Below the pieces are notes generated by a model, which had not been told where the DNA came from, searched no databases, and was given only the letters and a program-made list of their open reading frames with translations. This document shows positions 1-8,751 of a stretch of DNA of 64,000 nucleotides, one piece after another. Source of the stretch: a virus. The stretch lies in the IMG/VR virus record IMGVR_UViG_3300030102_008089, positions 32,001-96,000 of that record. The stretch is one strand, 5' to 3'. The translations under genes and the position numbers were made by a program. Position 1 is the stretch's first letter. Every line of letters begins with the position of its first letter.

Positions 1-61
1 AGTTTTGCCTGCTATCCCGTGCAGGTGAAAAAAATTTCTAGAAAAATTTTCGGGATTTTTA

Positions 62-298
62 ATGACCCCTGTTTTAGACTTACATGGATTCAAACACGAG
101 GAGGTGGAGAATGAGGTTGCGAGATTCTTACATCTATGGATGGGCAAAAATCTATTTGCTGACATTATCACTGGTCATAGTGAAACGATGTCCAACTTGG
201 TTCTCAAAGTTGTTACGGCTTACGGATTAGAATATATGACTGGGCTTCCTGCCCACCCTGGAAGGATTAGAGTGGTGATGTATGACGAGTTTCATTAG
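62..298 (+). CDS. Small Smr (small MutS-related) domain-like protein
   Basis: LDLHG at the N-terminus and IITGH mid-protein match the Smr pattern; 78 aa standalone domain. Confidence 0.65.
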   Translation: MTPVLDLHGFKHEEVENEVARFLHLWMGKNLFADIITGHSETMSNLVLKVVTAYGLEYMTGLPAHPGRIRVVMYDEFH

Positions 299-428
299 TA
301 ATTTAGCAGAGATTGTAATGTATACCCTGGCCTGGTTTGTGATAAGTTGCGGTTTCGCTTTTATTATTGCTGCTGCGTTCTTTGGGTACCCCGAAGAAAA
401 AGATAAGGAAAATCAAGATGTTGTATAA
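282..428 (+). CDS. Small predicted membrane protein (48 aa, absent from ORF track)
   Basis: Manual translation MTSFISNLAEIVMYTLAWFVISCGFAFIIAAAFFGYPEEKDKENQDVV; one hydrophobic helix; overlaps both neighbours, as in a coupled operon. Confidence 0.55.
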   Translation: MTSFISNLAEIVMYTLAWFVISCGFAFIIAAAFFGYPEEKDKENQDVV

Positions 429-765
429 GTCATTGTTTTTACTAGTATTTGCAAATATGTTCAACCAAGCATACCAAATGCAAGAAATTAAATGCCCTCG
501 GTGGGTACCAAATACTAATCAAGTCTTGCCTCATGGTGTTACGCTCTCACCTGAATTGGAGCTAAAGAACCGAGTTCGCTGCTATTGTGAGGTTGTGTTA
601 CCTCAAGAACGAGGTTGTATCGCTAATAACGTGCCAAGAAACCTCTGTAAGGCTCGCACGGCTACATGGGTCGAAGATAACTTGATGCTACGAGAAAATT
701 TTAGGCGAGCGCAAGCGCCTGCTCCACTACCTCAACGGGATAGGATGATGAATGTCGAGCCGTAG
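418..765 (+). CDS. Hypothetical secreted Cys-containing protein
   Basis: Start moved to ATG 418 (TAAGGA upstream); N-terminus MLYKSLFLLVFANMF resembles a signal peptide. Confidence 0.6.
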   Translation: MLYKSLFLLVFANMFNQAYQMQEIKCPRWVPNTNQVLPHGVTLSPELELKNRVRCYCEVVLPQERGCIANNVPRNLCKARTATWVEDNLMLRENFRRAQAPAPLPQRDRMMNVEP

Positions 766-1156
766 GGGAGTTACTCTTGTTATGGTCTTGGTAATGTCTG
801 CTCTTATTGGTATGAGTGCAATGTTATTATTTTCTACCACGAATTTAGAAATGATGATTGTGGGCAATAAGCGCCGTCATAACCAAGCAAAAATTTCGGC
901 GACGAGCGGGCTCAATCATTTCACCGCTCTTAACTTGGATTACAACACACTTAGAGGGCGGGCTGGCGGTCTGCAAACTTTACAGGTTCTGCCTGCGACC
1001 CGATTGTCCGATAAAACTCACTACGAGGTAAAAGTACACTTCTCTCCTAGCCTAAGTGCGGGGCAATATGTGGTCGAAAGTGTTGGTTATTATACTAAGG
1101 GGAATAAAATTTTGGCCAAGCATCCAATAAAAGCTATTTTCGAAGGCGAGCAATAG
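752..1156 (+). CDS. PilX-like type IV minor pilin (class III signal peptide)
   Basis: MSSRRG|VTLVMVLVMSALIGMSAM..LEMMIVGNKR..QAKISA.SGL resembles the PilX N-terminal pattern, including absence of Glu at +5. Confidence 0.7.
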   Translation: MSSRRGVTLVMVLVMSALIGMSAMLLFSTTNLEMMIVGNKRRHNQAKISATSGLNHFTALNLDYNTLRGRAGGLQTLQVLPATRLSDKTHYEVKVHFSPSLSAGQYVVESVGYYTKGNKILAKHPIKAIFEGEQ

Positions 1157-1165
1157 AAAAATAAA

Positions 1166-1174
1166 ACTACTTAT
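1166..1174 (+). promoter_or_regulatory. Putative phage late-promoter motif ACTACTTAT
   Basis: Instance of the recurrent NCTANTTAT motif in an intergenic gap upstream of the leader-tagged cassette. Confidence 0.5.
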
Positions 1175-1195
1175 TGTTACGGCGGGAGCTTTTTA

Positions 1196-1318
1196 ATGAT
1201 TACAAAGACAAAATTTTGGAAAACAATTAAAAAACAACTTAAAGGCATCGAACACTCTAAGAGATTTACCGCAGAAATTATGAAACGTGTCAAGGAGACA
1301 CCCCAAGATGAGAATTAA
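1196..1318 (+). CDS. Small basic hypothetical protein (40 aa, absent from ORF track)
   Basis: Manual translation MITKTKFWKTIKKQLKGIEHSKRFTAEIMKRVKETPQDEN; GGGAG upstream; overlaps next start. Confidence 0.5.
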   Translation: MITKTKFWKTIKKQLKGIEHSKRFTAEIMKRVKETPQDEN

Positions 1319-1508
1319 AATATCAGATCTGCGTAAAATTGTTAGAGAAATGATAAAAGAGGCAGCCGCAGAAGGCAAGATGCAGAAGATATACCGCAAC
1401 TCTTATAAAAAAATGATCAGCAAAGCTTCTACTGGAGGCAACAAGAACACGCCACCATTCACTAAGAAAGCTGCAAAGCCTGGAAAGTCAGGATTGGGTC
1501 CTTTTTGA
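1308..1508 (+). CDS. Hypothetical protein with conserved N-terminal leader
   Basis: Start moved to ATG 1308 giving MRIKISDLRKIVREMIKE, the leader type shared by neighbours. Confidence 0.65.
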   Translation: MRIKISDLRKIVREMIKEAAAEGKMQKIYRNSYKKMISKASTGGNKNTPPFTKKAAKPGKSGLGPF

Positions 1509-1509
1509 G

Positions 1510-2334
1510 ATGGGATCTAATCATAAGTGGAAACAATTTATTAATGAATCCGTTAAAGTATATGTCCACGGATATATAAAACCTTTAGCCGCTTTTCATA
1601 CCCTACAAGAATGGGAAACACTTTTTGTCAATAAAATTTTAAAGTTTCAAGAAGAAGGTAATTACGTTAGTCATGGACATGGTGAGCTTGTAGGACCTCA
1701 AGAACTTTTAGATTTAATAGAAGATTTTTACGGGTTCCAGCTAAATGTTGATGTAGATAGGTATGATTTGCTGACTCAGAAGAATGTACTTGATCATATT
1801 GAAGATTTTGTTAATCATAGATACTGGTCATTAGCTAATGAATTTGGACAATATTTTGACGACATCTCTGACCTTAAGTTTGCTTACTTTTATTCTCGTG
1901 GTGATCTAGAGCCATACGTCTTGGTTGACGAAACTTTTACCGAACAGATATATGGGTCTACTAATAATATTAAGACGCTCTATCATTACACGCACAAAGA
2001 AGGTGTAGACAGAATACAACGTGCCATTGAAAGCGGGGATCCATTTGATATTTCTGCATACACAATGGCAAAGCGAGACTTCTTCCGTCAAAAATCAAAT
2101 CTGATAATGGAGTTTGAGGGGAATGTCAGAGCAGGCTTCCGTAGTGATGTTAAATCTTATTCTGTCAGTAATGGTCGGAAGTGTGTAAATCTACACAGAC
2201 TTGGATACCCTGGCAAAGGAAAAGATAATCTCTGCACTGACTTAGAGAACGATTGCAATGGAGAATTAAAGACTTCCCTGTGGAATGAATTTATTGTAAC
2301 TCCTGTAAAGATTTTAGAAGTTTATGAAAAATGA
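1510..2334 (+). CDS. Hypothetical protein, C-terminal ADP-ribosyltransferase-like fold suspected
   Basis: Leader KWKQFINE; LYHYT motif and distal WNEFIV glutamate. Confidence 0.55.
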   Translation: MGSNHKWKQFINESVKVYVHGYIKPLAAFHTLQEWETLFVNKILKFQEEGNYVSHGHGELVGPQELLDLIEDFYGFQLNVDVDRYDLLTQKNVLDHIEDFVNHRYWSLANEFGQYFDDISDLKFAYFYSRGDLEPYVLVDETFTEQIYGSTNNIKTLYHYTHKEGVDRIQRAIESGDPFDISAYTMAKRDFFRQKSNLIMEFEGNVRAGFRSDVKSYSVSNGRKCVNLHRLGYPGKGKDNLCTDLENDCNGELKTSLWNEFIVTPVKILEVYEK

Positions 2335-3044
2335 GAGACCTGCTCAAGAAAATGATAATGGAAGAAATTATCAGAGGCAGAGCCCTTGACCGCTATGCCA
2401 CTATGGCTAGCAGAGAAACCATAGACGCTATCAAGAATGAAGCAGTCAGGGAAGCCTTCAATACTAATGGCAGGGCTGACTTCGCACTGGACGTTCCAGA
2501 AATTACAGACGATATAGACTACTTGAGAACAATTATTATTAGGCTCCGTGAGGGCGACTATGTTGCTGCTGATGGTTCGTATGAATTTGATTTGGATGCT
2601 GATGACGAACAGCGTAAGACTTCCGACATTTATGTAAACATTACTCTGCCTCCTCGGTATGATGAAGATTATTCTTTTATGTCCCGCTTGGTTGCCGAGT
2701 TGAAGGAGACCTTCCGTCACGAGTTAGAACACAGTTCCCAGAGCACCGAGGAGTTGATGGCTGTACAGCGAGCAGTCCCAGACCGAGAGGTATGGAAAGA
2801 CTTGGAGACAGCGGAGGATTATTACCTTTCTGATGCCGAGGTGAAGGCTCATGTGGCGGGCATCTACAAAAAGGCAAAGAGTTTCCGAAAGCCCGCTACA
2901 AATGTGTTGGAGCGAGTTTTAAATGTTATATATAACACTGGCTTATACTACAATCACGACCCTGCAAAACTTGCAGAGTTGATGGAAAAGATACAAAGCC
3001 GCTGGGCGAACTATTTATTTAAGCGATATCGGAGGGCTAGATAA
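2331..3044 (+). CDS. Zincin-like metallopeptidase domain protein
   Basis: HELEH (HExxH) followed by a downstream E (AEVKAH); leader MRDLLKKMIMEE. Confidence 0.6.
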   Translation: MRDLLKKMIMEEIIRGRALDRYATMASRETIDAIKNEAVREAFNTNGRADFALDVPEITDDIDYLRTIIIRLREGDYVAADGSYEFDLDADDEQRKTSDIYVNITLPPRYDEDYSFMSRLVAELKETFRHELEHSSQSTEELMAVQRAVPDREVWKDLETAEDYYLSDAEVKAHVAGIYKKAKSFRKPATNVLERVLNVIYNTGLYYNHDPAKLAELMEKIQSRWANYLFKRYRRAR

Positions 3045-3910
3045 TGAGCCATAAAATCCTAATGGAAAACTGGAGAAACTTTATTAGTAAGGAAAACTCC
3101 CAAAAGGATGTTTTAAACGAACAAGAAGGTGGGAGCTTTTTTAATCCAGACATCCCACTTAAATTAAGTGATGTTGACCCTGAGAAAGCAAAGAAGGTTG
3201 CTACTTCTGGGCGTAAGGACGGGGATGAGAACGATGACGACATTAAAGCTGACTACAAGCCCGATGGCGTAGCTCCTGTTGGGAAATTAAAACCTTCTCA
3301 ATCTAGTATGAACATTGAAAAAGCCTTGGCTTTTGTTTTGAATATGTTAAATCCAGATCACGAACTGCAAGCTGGCGGTGACCTGGAGGCTTTAATCAGC
3401 AAGGATCGATTTATAATGGACGGACACCATCGATGGATTGCTACAGCAATGATTGACCCTACGCTTAAAGTTGGCGGCTATTTAGTTCAGTTTCCTGCCA
3501 AACAATTAGTGGCTGTTTTAAACACGATGACAAAAGGTCTTTTTGGTCAGATGCAAGGAAATGAAGCCACAGGAGGATTTGAACAATTTAAACCTGGACC
3601 AATGAAAAAGCAGTTAATGCAATATTTAAATGCTGGTGTCTGGCAAATGAAACCAGAGGATGTTACGCAGGTTTTACAGAAATTTACAGGGTCACAGGAA
3701 TCTGGAGAAGGTTTGGTAGATTTAGCCGTGGCTAAAATGGTCTCTAATCTAAAAGGTATCTCACTAGCTGTTCCCTCTTGGGCGGCCGAAAGAGAAGATA
3801 TGCCAGTCATTGATAAACCAAATGTACCAAAAGCGGCAAAAGCTTTGAACACTGGAGAGGTTGATTGGAACCAGCCTTTAGCCGCCAATAGAAAAGAAAA
3901 AAATAAATAA
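3044..3910 (+). CDS. ParB/Srx-like domain protein, paralog 1
   Basis: PSQS...IMDGHHRW motifs; leader LMENWRNFISKE. Confidence 0.7.
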   Translation: MSHKILMENWRNFISKENSQKDVLNEQEGGSFFNPDIPLKLSDVDPEKAKKVATSGRKDGDENDDDIKADYKPDGVAPVGKLKPSQSSMNIEKALAFVLNMLNPDHELQAGGDLEALISKDRFIMDGHHRWIATAMIDPTLKVGGYLVQFPAKQLVAVLNTMTKGLFGQMQGNEATGGFEQFKPGPMKKQLMQYLNAGVWQMKPEDVTQVLQKFTGSQESGEGLVDLAVAKMVSNLKGISLAVPSWAAEREDMPVIDKPNVPKAAKALNTGEVDWNQPLAANRKEKNK

Positions 3911-3921
3911 AGGGATATTTT

Positions 3922-4815
3922 ATGAAACTGTTGATGGAAAATTGGAGAAAGTTTCTTAAGGAAGAGAAAGGTTCAGATCCAGAACAACAAAGAACTTTAA
4001 AAAACCTTTTAAACAAAAAGTATTCTTCTTTTGTGGATGGGCTTGAGAAACAAGTAAAAGATCCAAAGTTTGCTAACTTTTTAAGTATGGGGCTTAAACC
4101 AGATGATGGTGACGGACGAGACGACATCATAGCTGTTAGAAAAACAGCCATTCCCGTTAAGAAGTTACTTCCCACACAAAGTCAGATAGGATTAGCAGAT
4201 TCTCTAGGGTGGATTAGCGAAAACAAGCCACAAGCTGCTGGAGAGTATGCAAAATTAACAGGTGGAAGTGCCGCTGATGTTGGTGGCAGAATTATAACAG
4301 CCAATGGAAAACATATTGTTGATGGACACCACAGGTGGTCACAGGTTTACTTACTAAATCCAGAGGCTAGTATACCAGTTTATGATTTTACTGTATCTGA
4401 TAGTATGCCCGCTGAAGATCGTGGGAAGGCAGCACTCAAATTAGCTCACCTTGCAATTGCTGCTGTTGACAAAGCGGTACCGCTTGTGGCTGCTGATGCC
4501 GCAACCGATATTTATGCAACGCAAGGAGATGAAAACAAAATTAAACAAATATTAAACAAGACCATAAGTGATGAGATGGTAAAATCTTTATCAGATGCTT
4601 ATGGTGTTTCTTCTAGAGATGAGGTGGTAAACAAAGTAACTAATAATGCCTTGTCTCTTTATAAGGGCACTAAGGCTGCCGCAGCCAAAGGACCAGAACG
4701 TGGTGAGATGCCACAAACAGCAGGAACTCCCGATTTTGGAGACACTGACCCTCTAGATAAAATGAAAGCTATGAGGGCAGGTTCTGTTAATTGGAAGACT
4801 CCCTCTGGGGAGTAG
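3922..4815 (+). CDS. ParB/Srx-like domain protein, paralog 2
   Basis: PTQS...IVDGHHRW motifs; leader MKLLMENWRKFLKEE; C-terminus parallels paralog 1 (MP...KA...G.V.W..P). Confidence 0.7.
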   Translation: MKLLMENWRKFLKEEKGSDPEQQRTLKNLLNKKYSSFVDGLEKQVKDPKFANFLSMGLKPDDGDGRDDIIAVRKTAIPVKKLLPTQSQIGLADSLGWISENKPQAAGEYAKLTGGSAADVGGRIITANGKHIVDGHHRWSQVYLLNPEASIPVYDFTVSDSMPAEDRGKAALKLAHLAIAAVDKAVPLVAADAATDIYATQGDENKIKQILNKTISDEMVKSLSDAYGVSSRDEVVNKVTNNALSLYKGTKAAAAKGPERGEMPQTAGTPDFGDTDPLDKMKAMRAGSVNWKTPSGE

Positions 4816-4823
4816 TACTGTCC

Positions 4824-5912
4824 ATGAGACTCATAATGGAAAATTGGCGCAAGTTCCTAAAGGAAGGCATCAGCCCAGTCGTGTATCACTACACCAGTGG
4901 TCTTGATAAATCCCAAAAGATCCTAGAAGAAAATCGTTTCCTTACCTCTGGTGCTTATACTAAGGGTGAAGTTGAAACTCGATTTGGTAAAGGTAAACTT
5001 TATTATTTTTCTACCGCAAGAACGCCAATGGGAGCATACACTGGAACATATCCTCAAGGAGCTATCTTTAAATTGGACGGACGAGCTTTGGCTCAGAAAT
5101 ACAAAGGAGCCCCTGTTGATTACTATGGTTCCGCAGAACGGGGCTCATCTAAAAAAGCAGCGGGTGGCTACTTTGGCGAAGAGGGATTTGAGGCAGAAGA
5201 TAGAATTATAACTAATGAGCCGTATATCGAAGACGCCGACAGATATATTGATGAGATACATTTTGCTATTCCTTTGTATAGATTTACACAAGATTTTATG
5301 GAGACCAAGCCAACTAGAAAGCCTGGAAGCGCCATAGAAGGATATGTAATGGAAGGACTTGAAAAAGGCGTTGCTATAGCGGAGCAAAGAAACATTCCTT
5401 ACTATATCCACATTGATAAAACAACTTGGCCGAATGTTGAGGTTGGAAAAAAGAAAGCACTTACTAGTCTGTCTCAATTTATGGAAGAAGTAGAAAAGGC
5501 TGGTGTCGAAGTTCGTGAGCGACCTGATATGTCTGGTGTGACTCAAAGAGAGGGCAGATCTACAAGAGAGGATGAAGTGTTCAGATACTATGTCGTGGCT
5601 AAGAGTATTCTTGCTGGCGATAAAGAACTTGATGTATCGGAAATTAAGGGTCGTAGTCGTTATTCTCCAGAGGAGATGCGTAGAGAAAATGCTCAGAAGA
5701 TTTTTAAGAAGATCACTACTGGTGACCCTGATCCGACTGGTCGATATCATCCGCAAATTAATAACGCACTTCACAGTGTTGGCAGAGAACCACAGAGTCG
5801 TGAAACTTTGGAACTTTTATCTTCTTTGTTCCGCCAAACAAAACAATCGACGCTAAAAGGTTTTGAGAACTATTTAAGAAAGGTTTATGAAAAAAATCAT
5901 GGGGACCAATAA
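4824..5912 (+). CDS. Hypothetical protein, N-terminal ADP-ribosyltransferase-like fold suspected
   Basis: Start moved to ATG 4824 (MRLIMENWRKFLKEG); YHYT, YFST and EAED motifs. Confidence 0.55.
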   Translation: MRLIMENWRKFLKEGISPVVYHYTSGLDKSQKILEENRFLTSGAYTKGEVETRFGKGKLYYFSTARTPMGAYTGTYPQGAIFKLDGRALAQKYKGAPVDYYGSAERGSSKKAAGGYFGEEGFEAEDRIITNEPYIEDADRYIDEIHFAIPLYRFTQDFMETKPTRKPGSAIEGYVMEGLEKGVAIAEQRNIPYYIHIDKTTWPNVEVGKKKALTSLSQFMEEVEKAGVEVRERPDMSGVTQREGRSTREDEVFRYYVVAKSILAGDKELDVSEIKGRSRYSPEEMRRENAQKIFKKITTGDPDPTGRYHPQINNALHSVGREPQSRETLELLSSLFRQTKQSTLKGFENYLRKVYEKNHGDQ

Positions 5913-6212
5913 ATGAAAATTACAAAAACCTTATTGAGAAAGATTATCAAAGAGGAAATCCTCAAAGAATACGGCATGGAGCAAGACTTCGAAAAGGGTA
6001 TGAGAGTTACTTTTAATAAATTAGAGAAAGTAATTAAGACAACTGCTAGCGGAAAACAAAAAGTAGATTATGTTAGAATGCCTATGGAAGGTATCATTGT
6101 CGCAGAGCCTATGATAGACAGAACTTCTGCTGAACCAGGCTACGCTGAAGTAAAAGTAGATGGTGAACCAGATACCATAACAATTAGAATAGCCGAACTC
6201 AGACCAGCGTAA
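5913..6212 (+). CDS. Hypothetical protein with leader and small beta-rich (SH3/KOW-like) domain
   Basis: MKITKTLLRKIIKEE leader; GMRVTF..GIIV..AEVKV..ITIRIAEL pattern. Confidence 0.6.
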   Translation: MKITKTLLRKIIKEEILKEYGMEQDFEKGMRVTFNKLEKVIKTTASGKQKVDYVRMPMEGIIVAEPMIDRTSAEPGYAEVKVDGEPDTITIRIAELRPA

Positions 6213-6225
6213 CTGCTGCCTCGAA

Positions 6226-6234
6226 ACTACTTAT
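6226..6234 (+). promoter_or_regulatory. Putative phage late-promoter motif ACTACTTAT
   Basis: Identical to 1166-1174; ends 6 nt before the yeaH ATG with no SD between. Confidence 0.55.
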
Positions 6235-6240
6235 ATTAGT

Positions 6241-7434
6241 ATGAGTATTTTTCGTGAACACAAGACAATTGCCGATCGAGCAGCCAGCGACAGAAGCCGC
6301 CATAGGCAAAAGATTGAAAAAGCAATAAAAGAAAGTATTCGGGACGTTGTTGCCGAGGAAAGTATTATTGGACAAAGCGGAAAAAAGAAAATAAGAATAC
6401 CTGTCAAGGGAATAAAAGAACATCGTCTTGTGTATGGATCAAATGAAAATAATAAACAAGTGGGTTCAGCCCAAGGTAAAGATATTACCAAAGGGCAAAG
6501 AATAGGACACAGAAGAAGAACCAAACCTCAACAAGGAAAAGAAGACAAGCCTGGAGACAAACCAGGGGAAGAAATGTATGAGATAGAGATGTCGCTAGAA
6601 GAGCTAGCAGGATACCTCTTTAATGACCTAGAACTACCAGAACTAGAGAAGAAAAATTTTAAATTTACAACCCAGGAAAAGTTTAAAAGAAAAGGCAAAA
6701 GACCATATGGTATCCGACCACGCCTATCAAAAAAAGAAACCATAAAACAAAAGATCAAAAGAAAAAAAGCAGCTATTAAAGCTGGAACTTATAACCCTGA
6801 AGAGGATGACAGATTTTCTTTTCACGAAAGCGATCTTAGGTACAAGCACATAGCGCCCGTCCAGAAAGAAAACACTGCCGCTGTTGTTTTCTTTGTAATG
6901 GATGTCTCTGGGTCTATGACCAAATCTAAGAAATTTTTAGCTCGTAGTTTTTTCTTTCTTTTATATCAATTTTTAAACCATAAATATTCTTCAGTTGATG
7001 TTGTTTTCATATCTCACACGGCAGATGCTCACGAAGTAAATGAAGAACAGTTTTTCACTCAGGTCCCAAACGGTGGAACTTTAGTATCTACAGGACTTAA
7101 AAAAACTGAGGAAATTATTGAAAAACGTTATCATCCGAATAACTGGAATATTTACACGTTTTATTGCGGCGATGGAGATAACTGGAGTATTGATAACAAA
7201 GAAGCGTTAGCTGCCTTCAGAAGACTAAAAGAAATTAATCAACTAATGTGTTATACGGAAATTGGAAGACTTGTTGATTACAGAGAGTATAGTTTGTTTG
7301 CGGGCGGAACAGTAGAGAAAAAACTATGGGACTGGACAAAACTCGTAGAGGATAAAATGTTTAAAAGAGTACGCCTAGAAGAACACTCTGATATATGGCC
7401 TTCTTTCAAAAAATTGTTTGGAGGGAAAAACTAA
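6241..7434 (+). CDS. yeaH: YeaH/YhbH (DUF444) vWA-like protein
   Basis: DRSRHRQKI, ESII, VMDVSGSM, FFTQVPNGGT, YCGDGDNW motifs; neighbours spoVR and prkA. Confidence 0.9.
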   Translation: MSIFREHKTIADRAASDRSRHRQKIEKAIKESIRDVVAEESIIGQSGKKKIRIPVKGIKEHRLVYGSNENNKQVGSAQGKDITKGQRIGHRRRTKPQQGKEDKPGDKPGEEMYEIEMSLEELAGYLFNDLELPELEKKNFKFTTQEKFKRKGKRPYGIRPRLSKKETIKQKIKRKKAAIKAGTYNPEEDDRFSFHESDLRYKHIAPVQKENTAAVVFFVMDVSGSMTKSKKFLARSFFFLLYQFLNHKYSSVDVVFISHTADAHEVNEEQFFTQVPNGGTLVSTGLKKTEEIIEKRYHPNNWNIYTFYCGDGDNWSIDNKEALAAFRRLKEINQLMCYTEIGRLVDYREYSLFAGGTVEKKLWDWTKLVEDKMFKRVRLEEHSDIWPSFKKLFGGKN

Positions 7435-8750
7435 TGCCTGATTGGTCTTTAAGTGAGTTGCAAGAATGGGATGAAAAAATATGTTCTCTGGGAGAAGCTT
7501 TAAACCTTGACTGGTATCCTATCGAGTATGAAATTTGTGACTACAAAGAAATGATTGGACATATGGCTTACACTGGGTTACCTACCCATTACCGTCACTG
7601 GTCTTTTGGCAAATCTTTTGATAGAATACAGACAGAATATAATCTTGGAATGTCTGGGCTTCCTTATGAGATGATCATAAATTCAAATCCTAGTATCTCA
7701 TATTTAATGACAGAAAACCCAATGCCAACACACATATTAACAATGGCTCACTGTGTGGGTCACTCTGATTTTTTCAAGAACAACAGGATGTTTTCTGAGA
7801 CTGGCGCTGACACCGTTATTGATAGTTTCAAGGCGTCAGGAAGAAGAGTTAAGAAATATATTGAAGACCCAAATATAGGAATTGAAAAGGTAGAAAGAAT
7901 TCTAGATGCTTGCCATGCAATTAGATTTCAAGTTCCTAGAACCCCTGGTGTTAAAAGAAGAAACCATAAACAACTTAAAAAGTATTATCAGGAATTAATC
8001 AGACAAGATGTCACTGGCTGGTGGGCGACTCATTTTAATATTAACAAAATACCTTTGGAGCCAGATTGTAATTTGCTTGGCTTTATCGCAACTCACAGTA
8101 ATCTAGAGGAATGGGAAAAAGATTTAGTCTCTATTGTTGAAAAAGAATCAAAGTATTTTGTACCACAAGCGTATACAAAAATAATGAATGAAGGCTGGGC
8201 TTGTTTAATTCACGAAAAAATAATTCAAGCACTTAATCTGCCCGATGACTATTATTTATCTTTTATACGTCTTCATAACCAAGTTGTTCGACCTCATCTC
8301 GGAAGGATTAATCCTTACCATCTTGGGTACAAAATCTTCAGACACATTGAGGATAACTTGGGGTTTGAAGAGTGTCTAAGAGCAAGAGAGACACACAATG
8401 ACGAAACGTTTATTAAACATTACCTAACTCAAGAGTTGTGCGAAGAGCTTAATTTGTTTAGTTTTTCTTTTCACAGGAGGGATGGCTATAATCGCATTAC
8501 AGAAATTTCATCCGAAGAAACGTGGAGAACTGTTCGTGACGACCTAATTAAGAATGTAGGGCTTAATGGCGTTCCTGTGGTTTTAGTTAAAGAATTGAAA
8601 AAAGATGGTACTTTAATTCTAGAACATGAACACGACGGTAGAGACTTAGAGCTTTCGCAAGCTAATAAAGTCTTTGAACACATTAACGACCTATGGAGCG
8701 GTGATATAAGATTTACAACAGTTATCGAAGACGAGGCTTGGGAGTTTTAA
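7434..8750 (+). CDS. spoVR: SpoVR/YcgB family protein
   Basis: GLPTHYRHWSFGK, GLPYEMIINSNP, HCVGHSDFFKNN, TKIMNEGWA, NPYHLG; start moved to ATG 7434 (TAATG coupling). Confidence 0.93.
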   Translation: MPDWSLSELQEWDEKICSLGEALNLDWYPIEYEICDYKEMIGHMAYTGLPTHYRHWSFGKSFDRIQTEYNLGMSGLPYEMIINSNPSISYLMTENPMPTHILTMAHCVGHSDFFKNNRMFSETGADTVIDSFKASGRRVKKYIEDPNIGIEKVERILDACHAIRFQVPRTPGVKRRNHKQLKKYYQELIRQDVTGWWATHFNINKIPLEPDCNLLGFIATHSNLEEWEKDLVSIVEKESKYFVPQAYTKIMNEGWACLIHEKIIQALNLPDDYYLSFIRLHNQVVRPHLGRINPYHLGYKIFRHIEDNLGFEECLRARETHNDETFIKHYLTQELCEELNLFSFSFHRRDGYNRITEISSEETWRTVRDDLIKNVGLNGVPVVLVKELKKDGTLILEHEHDGRDLELSQANKVFEHINDLWSGDIRFTTVIEDEAWEF

Positions 8751-8751
8751 A

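Noticed and set aside
14-56. Inverted repeat ATCCCG...CGGGAT around an A/T palindrome
   Set aside because: Mostly A/T-run symmetry at the window edge; context is insufficient to call an operator or terminator.
5910-5915. Readthrough fusion of 4824-5912 with 5913-6212 (in-frame TAA-ATG)
   Set aside because: TAA is rarely read through, and the downstream gene has its own leader motif, implying independent translation.
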